A stretch of 64,000 nucleotides of DNA from Sphingobium sp. (GTDB lineage: Bacteria; Pseudomonadota; Alphaproteobacteria; Sphingomonadales; Sphingomonadaceae), in assembly GCA_017984895.1 (NCBI GenBank), contig JAGNYO010000005.1, positions 1,010 to 65,009 of the forward strand. Reading direction: 5' to 3'. Positions 22,505 through 30,607 of the stretch are shown piece by piece. Positions within the stretch are counted from its first letter, which is position 1. Each line of letters opens with the position of its first letter. The translations under genes and the position numbers were made by a program. Below the pieces are notes generated by a model. The model did not search any database, was not told the origin of the DNA, and was given only the letters and a program-made list of their open reading frames with translations.

Positions 22505-23797
22505 GGCAGCCGATGCGGCTCCGGCATCTTCCTCATCTCCGTCGCTGGTACGCTCCGCCTGTGGCAATAGCACGCAAACCATGGTCCCTTTACCTATCGT
22601 GCTCATGATGTCGAGCCTGCCCCGATGGCGTTCGACAATATGTTTCACGATGGCGAGGCCGAGGCCTGTTCCGCCGAGTGCGCGGCTGCGGCCCGAATCG
22701 ACCCGGTAGAAGCGTTCGGTCAGGCGCGGCAGATGATCGGGCGGTATACCTTCACCCTCGTCGCTCACCTCAAGCCGCACCATACCGGATTCGAGTGCGC
22801 GGACATGCACGATAATGGGGGTGCCGGGCCGGCCATATTTGGCGCTGTTGCTGACAAGATTGTGCAGAAGCTGGCCGATCTGGAGGCGGTCCCCCTGCAC
22901 TGGCGGGATATCGTCCCCCATCTCGGCGATGATGTCCGCTCCGCGCTGGCCCAGATTCTGGCGCGATACCGCAAGAACCTCTGCCACAAGCTCTGGCATG
23001 ACGATCATTTCGGTTGGCAGGCGATGCTTGTCCGCCTCGATGCGCGAGAGGGACATCAGGTCATCGACCAACTGACGCATCCGCCGCGCCTCGTTTTCGA
23101 GGATCGAGAGAAAACGACCGCGCGTCTGCGGATCGCCGCCGGCATGGGGATCTTGCAGGGTTTCGACGAATCCGAGGATCGCGGCCAGCGGCGTGCGCAG
23201 TTCATGACTCGCATTGGCGACGAAATCGCCGCGCGCCCGCTCCGCCGCATGCGTGTCCGTTTCGTCGTCCAGATAGACAAACAACCGTTGCTGCCCGCTG
23301 GCAGGCTCCAGCGGGATGATGCGCATCGCCCAGCGCTGGGCGCGGGTGCCAAGGCCCACAATATCGATACGGACCGGCGCATCCATCAGCTCGGTGCTGG
23401 TAAGCCGTTCCGCTGCGGCGGGATGGCGGATCGCAATCCGCACATCCTCGCCGAGGATATGCTGGCCGAGCAGCTTGAGCGCGGGTGCGTTGGCGGTCAT
23501 CACCTTGCCGTTCTCGATGACGAGGACAGGGGCATCCAGCCCTTCGATGATTCGTCGTGTGGCGGGCAGATTAAGAAAATCGGTCTGCTCCGCTCCTGAG
23601 CCGGGCTGAGAGCTTGGGGCGGAGGGACGATCTTCGTCCTGATGCAGCATCATGAAGGTCAGCACCAGCGCGCTGGACACCAGTATGGCGATGACATCCG
23701 CCCCGGCACCGACCATCATCACCGCAACGACAGCGACTGCAATCACCGTCAACGCGGTGGCAAGGTGCATGGCCTTATTCTGAATCATCATGTGCAC
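22496..23797 (-). CDS. phoR: Phosphate regulon sensor histidine kinase PhoR
   Basis: 433 aa. N-terminal TM segment, PAS-like region, H-box ..SHELRTPLAAILGF.., and an ATPase domain with ..GTGLGLAIVKH.. The track start at 23797 is GTG; in-frame ATGs follow at 23791 and 23788. Confidence 0.9.
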   Translation of the reverse strand: MHMMIQNKAMHLATALTVIAVAVVAVMMVGAGADVIAILVSSALVLTFMMLHQDEDRPSAPSSQPGSGAEQTDFLNLPATRRIIEGLDAPVLVIENGKVMTANAPALKLLGQHILGEDVRIAIRHPAAAERLTSTELMDAPVRIDIVGLGTRAQRWAMRIIPLEPASGQQRLFVYLDDETDTHAAERARGDFVANASHELRTPLAAILGFVETLQDPHAGGDPQTRGRFLSILENEARRMRQLVDDLMSLSRIEADKHRLPTEMIVMPELVAEVLAVSRQNLGQRGADIIAEMGDDIPPVQGDRLQIGQLLHNLVSNSAKYGRPGTPIIVHVRALESGMVRLEVSDEGEGIPPDHLPRLTERFYRVDSGRSRALGGTGLGLAIVKHIVERHRGRLDIMSTIGKGTMVCVLLPQAERTSDGDEEDAGAASAAVS

Positions 23798-23820
23798 TCT
23801 GGATTATTCTCACAAATATT

Positions 23821-23838
23821 GCGATGGAATGATGACAG
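23821..23838 (-). promoter_or_regulatory. Weak Pho-box-like site upstream of phoR (one consensus half-site)
   Basis: Minus-strand CTGTCAT-CATT-CCATCGC. Only the first 7-mer is consensus. It lies in the 57-nt divergent gap between phoR and the Tat-signal ORF. Confidence 0.3.
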
Positions 23839-23854
23839 TTTTTGAGATTGGCGA

Positions 23855-24310
23855 GTGGAAACACACATGGAGGACCGAAACCTGGAGAACGCGGATGCAC
23901 GCCAAGCCGTTGATCGGGATGCGGGCGGAAGCGCGGCGGAGCATGGCGTTGGCAGGCGCCGGCTGTTACTGGGCGGCGGGCTGGCAGCGGCCTCCGCAGT
24001 AATTTCCATCCGCCCCGCGCTGGCGCAGACGGCGGCGTCTGTCCTGCATTGCCAGATCCCGGTGCCCGATCCATCACGATCAGGCCAGGCAATCGCGGTG
24101 GATGGCTCGCTGGTCCCGGCGGGCACCAAGGGGGCGTTTCCCGCCAGTGGCCGGCCGTTCACGGGGGAAGAAGTGAAGGCGGCATTGCGTGGCCGGACCT
24201 TGCCCGGCACCAGCTATGAGCAGAGCAGTGCCTACCTCAACTATATCCGCCGCCTGCAAAGCGGGACGAGCGGTTTCACCTGCTACGCTTCGTTGCAGAT
24301 GCCGCGCTGA
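23855..24310 (+). CDS. Hypothetical secreted protein with twin-arginine (Tat) signal
   Basis: 151 aa from GTG 23855 (ATG alternative at 23867). ..GRRRLLLGGGLAAASAVISIRPALA/QT.. is a Tat-type signal. The mature part is about 94 aa with two Cys. I recognise no family. Its stop is 5 nt before the PqqD-like ORF. Confidence 0.55.
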   Translation: METHMEDRNLENADARQAVDRDAGGSAAEHGVGRRRLLLGGGLAAASAVISIRPALAQTAASVLHCQIPVPDPSRSGQAIAVDGSLVPAGTKGAFPASGRPFTGEEVKAALRGRTLPGTSYEQSSAYLNYIRRLQSGTSGFTCYASLQMPR

Positions 24311-24315
24311 GCCTG

Positions 24316-24621
24316 ATGGCGGCGGGGCAAGCGCGGGCCTATTGCCGGTGTGAAAGCGGGCACATGGTCTGGCGGGCACTGGACGGGCTGACGCTGGTCT
24401 TTCATCGTCCCTCCGGCCTTACGCATATGCTCGCCTCGCCCCTGCCTGAGATCATGGCGGCGCTGGACGACGCGACCTTGACGGCGCCTGCCCTGCTGGA
24501 GCGCCTCTCAGCGCGCTTTGACCTCGGCGATGAGGGGGATAGGCTGGCTGCACTGGAGGCGCATCTGGAGGAGTTGGCGGCGCTGGGTTTGATCAGGAGT
24601 ATGCCGTGCGCCACGCCCTGA
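24316..24621 (+). CDS. PqqD-family (RRE-like) peptide-chaperone protein, HPr-rel-A-system type
   Basis: 101 aa (85 aa if from ATG 24364, MVWRALDGL..). ..LVFHRPSGLTHMLASPLPEIMAAL..LTAPALLERLSARFDL..LEAHLEELAALGLI.. fits the PqqD winged-helix pattern. Confidence 0.7.
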   Translation: MAAGQARAYCRCESGHMVWRALDGLTLVFHRPSGLTHMLASPLPEIMAALDDATLTAPALLERLSARFDLGDEGDRLAALEAHLEELAALGLIRSMPCATP

Positions 24622-25472
24622 CACTCGCCATTGGCCCAGCGCGCTTGCGCATCGGTTCGGCATGGGAACAGCCAGTTGCGCAACTCCGCGCGCTCTATGC
24701 CGCCTATCCGCAGGATGATGCAGCGGTGGCGGATTTTACCGTGCGGCTGGAGCCTGCCGGGCCATTGCGGCGCTGGTGGCGGCCCTCGGTGCGGATCGCG
24801 GGCGACCATATGCTGCCGGACGCCGCGCCGATGGCCTTGCGGCACGGCCTGCTCGCCGCCGAAATGGGCATGAACCTGCAAATGGCGCTGGGCTGGCGGC
24901 GACACCTGTTGATTCATGCGAGCAGCGTTGAGAAGGATGGCCGCGCGATTGTCATGACCGGCGACTCCGGCTCCGGCAAATCTACGCTCGCGGCGCTGCT
25001 GGGAGAGCGCGGCTGGCGCTTCATGGGCGATGAGTTTGCATTGCTCGATCTGGCGGACGGGCGCGTGCATCCGTTCCCCCGTCTGGTGTCGCTGAAGAAC
25101 GCGGCGATTGCGGCTATGCGCACCGAGGTGAACGACGCCGCCCGCTTTGGCCCGATGATGCGCGATACGCCGAAGGGGGATATCATCCACCTCATCCCGC
25201 CGCTGGAGGCGATTGCGCGGATGTGCGAACCCGCCCGGCCGGCGCTGCTACTCTTTCCACGCTATGGATACGCGCAGGATCTGCGGCCGGTGGGGCAGGG
25301 CGAGGCGTTCATGCGGCTCACTCAGGCCTCCACCAACTATGTCGCACTGGGCGAGGCGGGGTTTGACGCGCTGCACCGCTTCGTGAGCGATGTTCCGGCG
25401 ATGGCAGTCGATTATGAGAGCAGTGCGCAGGCGCTGGAGCTTGTCGACGCGCTGTGGAGCGAGATTGCATGA
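24606..25472 (+). CDS. HprK-related P-loop kinase (HprK-related kinase A type)
   Basis: 288 aa, GTG start overlapping the upstream stop by 16 nt. ..AIVMTGDSGSGKSTLAALLGERGWRFMGDE.. parallels the HPr kinase P-loop region (..GDSGxGKSE..L..G..LV.DD..). Confidence 0.75.
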   Translation: MRHALTLAIGPARLRIGSAWEQPVAQLRALYAAYPQDDAAVADFTVRLEPAGPLRRWWRPSVRIAGDHMLPDAAPMALRHGLLAAEMGMNLQMALGWRRHLLIHASSVEKDGRAIVMTGDSGSGKSTLAALLGERGWRFMGDEFALLDLADGRVHPFPRLVSLKNAAIAAMRTEVNDAARFGPMMRDTPKGDIIHLIPPLEAIARMCEPARPALLLFPRYGYAQDLRPVGQGEAFMRLTQASTNYVALGEAGFDALHRFVSDVPAMAVDYESSAQALELVDALWSEIA

Positions 25473-26464
25473 GCGCGGCAGCGCTGGTTAGCCTGATGCG
25501 CGCGCCGGATCGCGCCCCAGCATTGCGTGCGGATCAGTGGAACGGTTTAATCTCTGCCGCGCGGGCGGAACGGTTGCTCGGCACGCTGGCGGTGCTTTTG
25601 GAGGATATCGCGGTGCCCGACACTGTGCGCGCGATCCTGTCAGAAGCGCGCCTCGATGCAGAGCGGGAGCAACGCATCGCCCTGTGGGAGGCGAACCGCG
25701 CGGCTGAGGCCCTCGCGCCACTGGGGCTGGCGTCGATCCTGCTCAAAGGCGCGGCCTATGCGGCGGCTAGTCTCCGTGCGTCGGATGGGCGGATGGTGGG
25801 CGATCTCGATATTCTCGTGCCACGCGACCGGCTGGAGGAGGCGGAGGCCGCGCTGCGCGACGCCGGGTGGGAATGGGTGAAGCCCGATCCTTATGACGAC
25901 GCCTATTACCGGCAATGGATGCACGAGCTGCCGCCGCTGATCCACCGCGAGCGGGACCGGATGATCGATGTGCACCACACGATCCTGCCACTCACCGCGC
26001 GGCCCCGCCCAGATGCGTCAGCCCTGATCGCGCAGAGTGTGGATGTCGGAGGCGGGCTGAGGGTGCTGTCGCCAGAGGACAGGGTGGTTCATGCCGTCGC
26101 GCATATGCTCGCCGATGGAGATTTGTCGGGTGGTTTGAGAAATCTGTGGGATATTAGATGCTTGATTGCAGAAGTTGAAGATAAAGATAAATTAGACCGG
26201 CGGGCCGCACACCACGGCCTTACAAAACACCTCGCCCGCGTGTGGCGGCTGGTTGATCATGTTTACGGGCAAGGCAAGACTGGGCTGCACCTAACCGATC
26301 GCTTATTCCTGCGCCGCCTGCTTACCCGCGATGGCTGGGGGCGAGACAGCCGCAAAGGACTTGGCCTCGCCTTCTATATCCGCTCCCACCTGCTGCGGAT
26401 GCCGCCGCTGATGCTGATCCGCCACCTGTTCACCAAATGGCGCAAGGGGCATCGGCCGGTTTGA
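25469..26464 (+). CDS. Nucleotidyltransferase family protein (NTP_transf_5-like)
   Basis: 331 aa from ATG 25469 (ATGA overlap with the kinase stop). ..ILLKGAAYAA..GRMVGDLDILVPRD.. has the G-x-D-x-D polymerase-beta-type nucleotidyltransferase motif. Helical C-terminal half. Confidence 0.7.
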   Translation: MSAAALVSLMRAPDRAPALRADQWNGLISAARAERLLGTLAVLLEDIAVPDTVRAILSEARLDAEREQRIALWEANRAAEALAPLGLASILLKGAAYAAASLRASDGRMVGDLDILVPRDRLEEAEAALRDAGWEWVKPDPYDDAYYRQWMHELPPLIHRERDRMIDVHHTILPLTARPRPDASALIAQSVDVGGGLRVLSPEDRVVHAVAHMLADGDLSGGLRNLWDIRCLIAEVEDKDKLDRRAAHHGLTKHLARVWRLVDHVYGQGKTGLHLTDRLFLRRLLTRDGWGRDSRKGLGLAFYIRSHLLRMPPLMLIRHLFTKWRKGHRPV

Positions 26465-26495
26465 TCCGAAACGCGCCGCCTTGCGGCGTTTCGGA
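26465..26495 (+). terminator. Hairpin immediately after the nucleotidyltransferase stop
   Basis: TCCGAAACGC ... GCGTTTCGGA, a perfect 10-bp stem starting 1 nt after the TGA. No T-run follows. Confidence 0.4.
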
Positions 26496-26499
26496 TGTG

Positions 26500-26579
26500 C
26501 GGCACCAGCCCGCTCCCCCTCCCAACCTCCCATAGGATACCCTGTCGGGGTGGCTGGGAGGGGGAGCGGGCTGGTGCCG
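26500..26579. repeat. 80-nt palindromic element with perfect 25-bp arms
   Basis: Left arm C-GGCACCAGCCCGCTCCCCCTCCCA (26500..26524), 30-nt spacer, right arm TGGGAGGGGGAGCGGGCTGGTGCC-G (26555..26579). It fills most of the gap between the convergent nucleotidyltransferase and gph genes. Confidence 0.85.
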
Positions 26580-26582
26580 AAA

Positions 26583-27248
26583 CTAAGCTCCCCATCCCTC
26601 AAGCAGCGCCACGAGATCTTCGAACCGATGCAAAATCGCGTCCGCGCCCAGCTCTGCACTGGCATCTGTAAAGCCAAAGCTCACGGCGATGCTCGCCAGC
26701 CCCGCATTTTTCGCGCCGTCGATGTCGTTCGACGTATCGCCCAGAAACACACAGCGTCCGCCGCCCGCGCGCCGCACCATTTCGTGCAACGGCTCCGGGT
26801 GCGGCTTGGCCTTGCCGACGGTATCGCCTCCGATGATCGCATCGAAATGCGGCTCCAGCTCCAGATCCCGCAACAACGGCAATGTAAACCGCTCGAACTT
26901 GTTGGTGCAGATGGCGAGCCTTACTCCCCGCCCGCGCAACTCCGCCATCGCCTCCGCTGCGCCGGGGTAAAGCAGGGTGTGGTCGGTCAGATGCTCCTGA
27001 TACCACGCCATCAGCACCGGGGTGAGGCTATCCAGCAACTCCGGCGTATAATCGCCCGAGGCTTTGAGTGCCCGCTCCAGCATCACCCGCGTGCCCTTGC
27101 CCACAAACTGCTTGATCTCGTCCACCTCATGCGGCGGCAGGCCCACCGTGCCGAGCGTGTGGTTGACTGCGGCGGCAAGATCAAGGCTGCTGTCGACCAG
27201 CGTGCCATCGAGGTCAAAGCCAACAATGTCGAAAGGAATTTGTGCCAT
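26583..27248 (-). CDS. gph: HAD-superfamily phosphoglycolate phosphatase
   Basis: Start at internal M15 (MAQIPFDIVGFDLDGTLVDS..). HAD motifs DLDGTL, ..ICTNK.., ..GDTSNDIDGAKNAG.. Confidence 0.8.
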   Translation of the reverse strand: MAQIPFDIVGFDLDGTLVDSSLDLAAAVNHTLGTVGLPPHEVDEIKQFVGKGTRVMLERALKASGDYTPELLDSLTPVLMAWYQEHLTDHTLLYPGAAEAMAELRGRGVRLAICTNKFERFTLPLLRDLELEPHFDAIIGGDTVGKAKPHPEPLHEMVRRAGGGRCVFLGDTSNDIDGAKNAGLASIAVSFGFTDASAELGADAILHRFEDLVALLEGWGA

Positions 27249-27336
27249 CAGCGCGCCCTTGCCTTCTGCACTGTGGCATTGGCAAGTCAAACATGGCAGA
27301 GGAACGGTACATGTGTGTTGTTTTGCATGAGGTCAG

Positions 27337-28707
27337 GTGACGGGTGTGAGCGAATATTCGGAAACGAGGCCGCTGGCGGTCATCATATTGGCCGCCGGGC
27401 AGGGCACGCGGATGAAATCAGGCCTGCACAAGGTGCTGCACACCATCGCCGGGCGGCCGATGCTGCTGCATCTGCTCGCCACGGTCGAGGCGCTGGGGGT
27501 GGAACGCAAGGTCATCGTCGTCGGCGCGGGGCGCGATCAGGTCGAGGCGGCTGTTGGGGGCCATGGCGTCGATATTGTCGTGCAGGCGCCGCAGCTTGGC
27601 ACAGGCCATGCGGTCGCTCAGGCGCATGATGCACTCGAAGGCTTTGCGGGGGATGTGCTGATCCTCTACGGCGACGTGCCGCTGGTGCGCGCCGAGACGA
27701 TGCGCGCGATGATCGAGCGGCTGAACATGGGCGATGCGCCGCGCAGCGTGGTGCTGGGTTTTCGGCCCGATGATGCGGCCGCTTATGGCCGAATCATTGC
27801 TGATGCGCAGGGACTGATCGGCAAGATGGTGGAGTATAAGGACGCTTGCGCAGAGGAGCGCGCGGTAACTTTGTGCAACAGCGGGCTGATGGCTGTGCGG
27901 GCGACCGATCTGTTCATCCTGCTCGACCAGATCGGCAACGACAACGCCGCCGGGGAATATTATCTGCCCGATATCGTCATGCTGCCCGGCAGCCAGAGCG
28001 CGGTGATCGAGACGGAGGCGGACGAGGTTGCGGGCGTCAACAGCCGGGTCGAGCTGGCGAGCGTCGAGGCGCGCTGGCAGGCGCGGCGGCGCGATGAGGC
28101 GATGCGCGAGGGCGCGACGCTGATTGCGCCCGAAACCGTGTTCTTTGCGCACGATACAGTGCTGGGGCGCGATGTGGTAGTCGAGCCCCATGTGGTGTTC
28201 GGGCCGGGGGTGGTGATTGCGGACGATGTGACGATCCACAGCTTCTCGCATCTTGAGGGCGCGGTTGTGCATTCGGGTGCGCAGATTGGCCCCTATGCGC
28301 GGCTGCGGCCCGGTGCGGATATCGGCAAAAAGGCGCGGGTCGGCAATTTTGTCGAGATCAAGCAGGCGAGCCTGGGCGAGGGTGCCAAGGCCAATCATTT
28401 GTCCTATATTGGCGATGCGTCTGTCGGCGCGGGGGCGAACATCGGCGCGGGCACTATCACCTGCAACTATGATGGATTTTTGAAATATAAAACGGAAATC
28501 GGCGCGGGCGCTTTCATCGGCTCCAACAGCGCTTTGGTGGCACCGGTCAAGATAGGCGATGGCGCGATTGTCGGCGCGGGAAGCGTTGTAACTCAAGAGG
28601 TTAGCGCGGATGCCCTCGCCCTCACGCGTGCGATCCAACAGGAAAAGCCGGGCTGGGCCAAGCGGTTTCGCGACATCATGTCCACGAAGAAAAAGGCATC
28701 GAAATAA
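27337..28707 (+). CDS. glmU: Bifunctional UDP-N-acetylglucosamine diphosphorylase / glucosamine-1-phosphate N-acetyltransferase
   Basis: 456 aa, GTG start. ..ILAAGQGTRMKS.. N-terminal motif. C-terminal hexapeptide repeats (..GNFVEIK..ANHLSYIGD..GAGANIGAGTITCNYDG..). Confidence 0.93.
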   Translation: MTGVSEYSETRPLAVIILAAGQGTRMKSGLHKVLHTIAGRPMLLHLLATVEALGVERKVIVVGAGRDQVEAAVGGHGVDIVVQAPQLGTGHAVAQAHDALEGFAGDVLILYGDVPLVRAETMRAMIERLNMGDAPRSVVLGFRPDDAAAYGRIIADAQGLIGKMVEYKDACAEERAVTLCNSGLMAVRATDLFILLDQIGNDNAAGEYYLPDIVMLPGSQSAVIETEADEVAGVNSRVELASVEARWQARRRDEAMREGATLIAPETVFFAHDTVLGRDVVVEPHVVFGPGVVIADDVTIHSFSHLEGAVVHSGAQIGPYARLRPGADIGKKARVGNFVEIKQASLGEGAKANHLSYIGDASVGAGANIGAGTITCNYDGFLKYKTEIGAGAFIGSNSALVAPVKIGDGAIVGAGSVVTQEVSADALALTRAIQQEKPGWAKRFRDIMSTKKKASK

Positions 28708-30530
28708 TGTGCGGCATCATTGGAATAGTAGGGCGGGAAGATGTCGCGGAGCGGCTGCTCGAAGGCTTGAAGCGCCTCGAATATAGGGGCTATGACAGCG
28801 CGGGCATCGCCACCGTTTTTGACGGCGCGATCGAGCGGCGGCGGGCCGAGGGCAAGCTTGGCAACCTCGCGAAGGAGCTGCGCGATGAAACGTTGCCCGG
28901 CACCATCGGCATCGCCCACACCCGCTGGGCCACGCATGGCGCACCGACCACCGCCAACGCCCACCCGCACGCCACGCGCGAGGTGGCGCTGGTCCACAAC
29001 GGCATCATCGAGAATTTCAAACAGTTGCGCGAGGAACTGATCGCGCGCGGTCGCCATTTTGATAGCCAGACCGATACCGAGGTCGTCGCGCATCTGGTGA
29101 GTGAGAGGATAGAGCACGGCGCATCACCGGAGGAGGCGGTGAAGGCGGTGCTGCCCCGCCTGCATGGCGCCTTTGCGCTCGCCATCCTGTTTCGTGCGCA
29201 TCCCGATCTCCTGATTGGCGCCCGGCTCGGCTCGCCGCTGGTGGTGGGTTATGGAGACGGAGAAACCTATCTCGGTTCAGATGCCCTGGCGTTGGCGCCG
29301 CTGACTCAGCGGATCGCCTATCTGGAGGAGGGCGACTGGGTCGTCATAACCCGTGAAGGCGCCAGGATATATGACCGCGACAACAATCCTGTCGACCGCC
29401 CGGTAACAATTTCCGGCGTCTCCGGTGCGATGATCGACAAGGGCAACCATCGGCATTTCATGGCGAAGGAGATTTACGAACAGCCCGTCGTCGTCGCGCA
29501 GACGTTGCGCTCATACCTGAGGCGGATGGAAAATCAGGTGTCGCTGCCGGATATGGAGTTTGATCCTGGTTCCGTAAAGCGTGTGACAATTGTTGCTTGT
29601 GGCACCAGCTTTTACGCAGGCATGGTCGCGAAATACTGGTTCGAGAAATTTGCGCGTATCCCGGTGGACATCGATGTAGCGAGCGAGTTTCGCTATCGTG
29701 ACCCGGTGCTGGAGGAGGGTGGCCTTGCCCTGTTTATCAGCCAGTCGGGCGAGACGGCGGATACTCTTGCCGCGCTGCGCCATGCCCGTGCGCAGGGGCA
29801 GATCATCGCAGTTGTCGTCAATGTGCCGACCAGCAGTATGGCGCGCGAGGCGGACCTCCTGCTGCCTACCCATGCCGGGCCGGAGATTGGCGTTGCCTCT
29901 ACCAAGGCCTTCACGTGCCAACTAGCTGTGCTGGCCGCGCTCGCTGCCAATCTGGCGCGGGCCAATGGCAGGCTCAGCGCGGCAGAAGAGGCGGAAATCG
30001 TCTGGCATCTGTCCGAAGCGCCCGCCGCGATGAACGAGGCGCTTTCCCATGATGCCGAGATTGAGGCGATGGCGCATCTGATCGCGCCTGCGCGGGATGT
30101 GCTGTATATGGGGCGGGGGCCGGATTATCCGATGGCGCTTGAAGGGGCGCTCAAGCTCAAGGAAATCAGTTATATCCACGCCGAAGGCTATGCAGCCGGC
30201 GAGATGAAGCATGGCCCTATCGCCCTGATAGACGATGCCGTGCCTGTCATCGTTATCGCGCCATCGGGACCATTGTTCGAGAAAACTGTCTCCAACATGC
30301 AGGAAGTGCAGGCGCGCGGCGGCAAGGTAGTGCTGATTTCGGACGCCGAAGGGATCGCGCAGGCAGGCGAAGGCTGCATGGCGAGCATCGAGATGCCCAA
30401 GGTGCATCCCCTGATTGCCCCTCTGGTCTATGCTGTGCCGGTACAGTTGCTGGCCTATCATGTCGCGGTGGCTAAGGGCACGGATGTCGATCAGCCACGC
30501 AATCTCGCCAAGTCCGTCACGGTAGAGTAA
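28707..30530 (+). CDS. glmS: Glutamine--fructose-6-phosphate aminotransferase (isomerising)
   Basis: 607 aa. MCGIIGIVG Ntn nucleophile, two SIS domains, C-terminal ..LAKSVTVE. TAATG overlap with glmU. Confidence 0.95.
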   Translation: MCGIIGIVGREDVAERLLEGLKRLEYRGYDSAGIATVFDGAIERRRAEGKLGNLAKELRDETLPGTIGIAHTRWATHGAPTTANAHPHATREVALVHNGIIENFKQLREELIARGRHFDSQTDTEVVAHLVSERIEHGASPEEAVKAVLPRLHGAFALAILFRAHPDLLIGARLGSPLVVGYGDGETYLGSDALALAPLTQRIAYLEEGDWVVITREGARIYDRDNNPVDRPVTISGVSGAMIDKGNHRHFMAKEIYEQPVVVAQTLRSYLRRMENQVSLPDMEFDPGSVKRVTIVACGTSFYAGMVAKYWFEKFARIPVDIDVASEFRYRDPVLEEGGLALFISQSGETADTLAALRHARAQGQIIAVVVNVPTSSMAREADLLLPTHAGPEIGVASTKAFTCQLAVLAALAANLARANGRLSAAEEAEIVWHLSEAPAAMNEALSHDAEIEAMAHLIAPARDVLYMGRGPDYPMALEGALKLKEISYIHAEGYAAGEMKHGPIALIDDAVPVIVIAPSGPLFEKTVSNMQEVQARGGKVVLISDAEGIAQAGEGCMASIEMPKVHPLIAPLVYAVPVQLLAYHVAVAKGTDVDQPRNLAKSVTVE

Positions 30531-30607
30531 CCGCGCTATATCCCCCTTGCGCTGACGTGAGGCGATCCTATGTGCGTTACAAGATTCGCAGGACCAAGGG
30601 GCATGAT

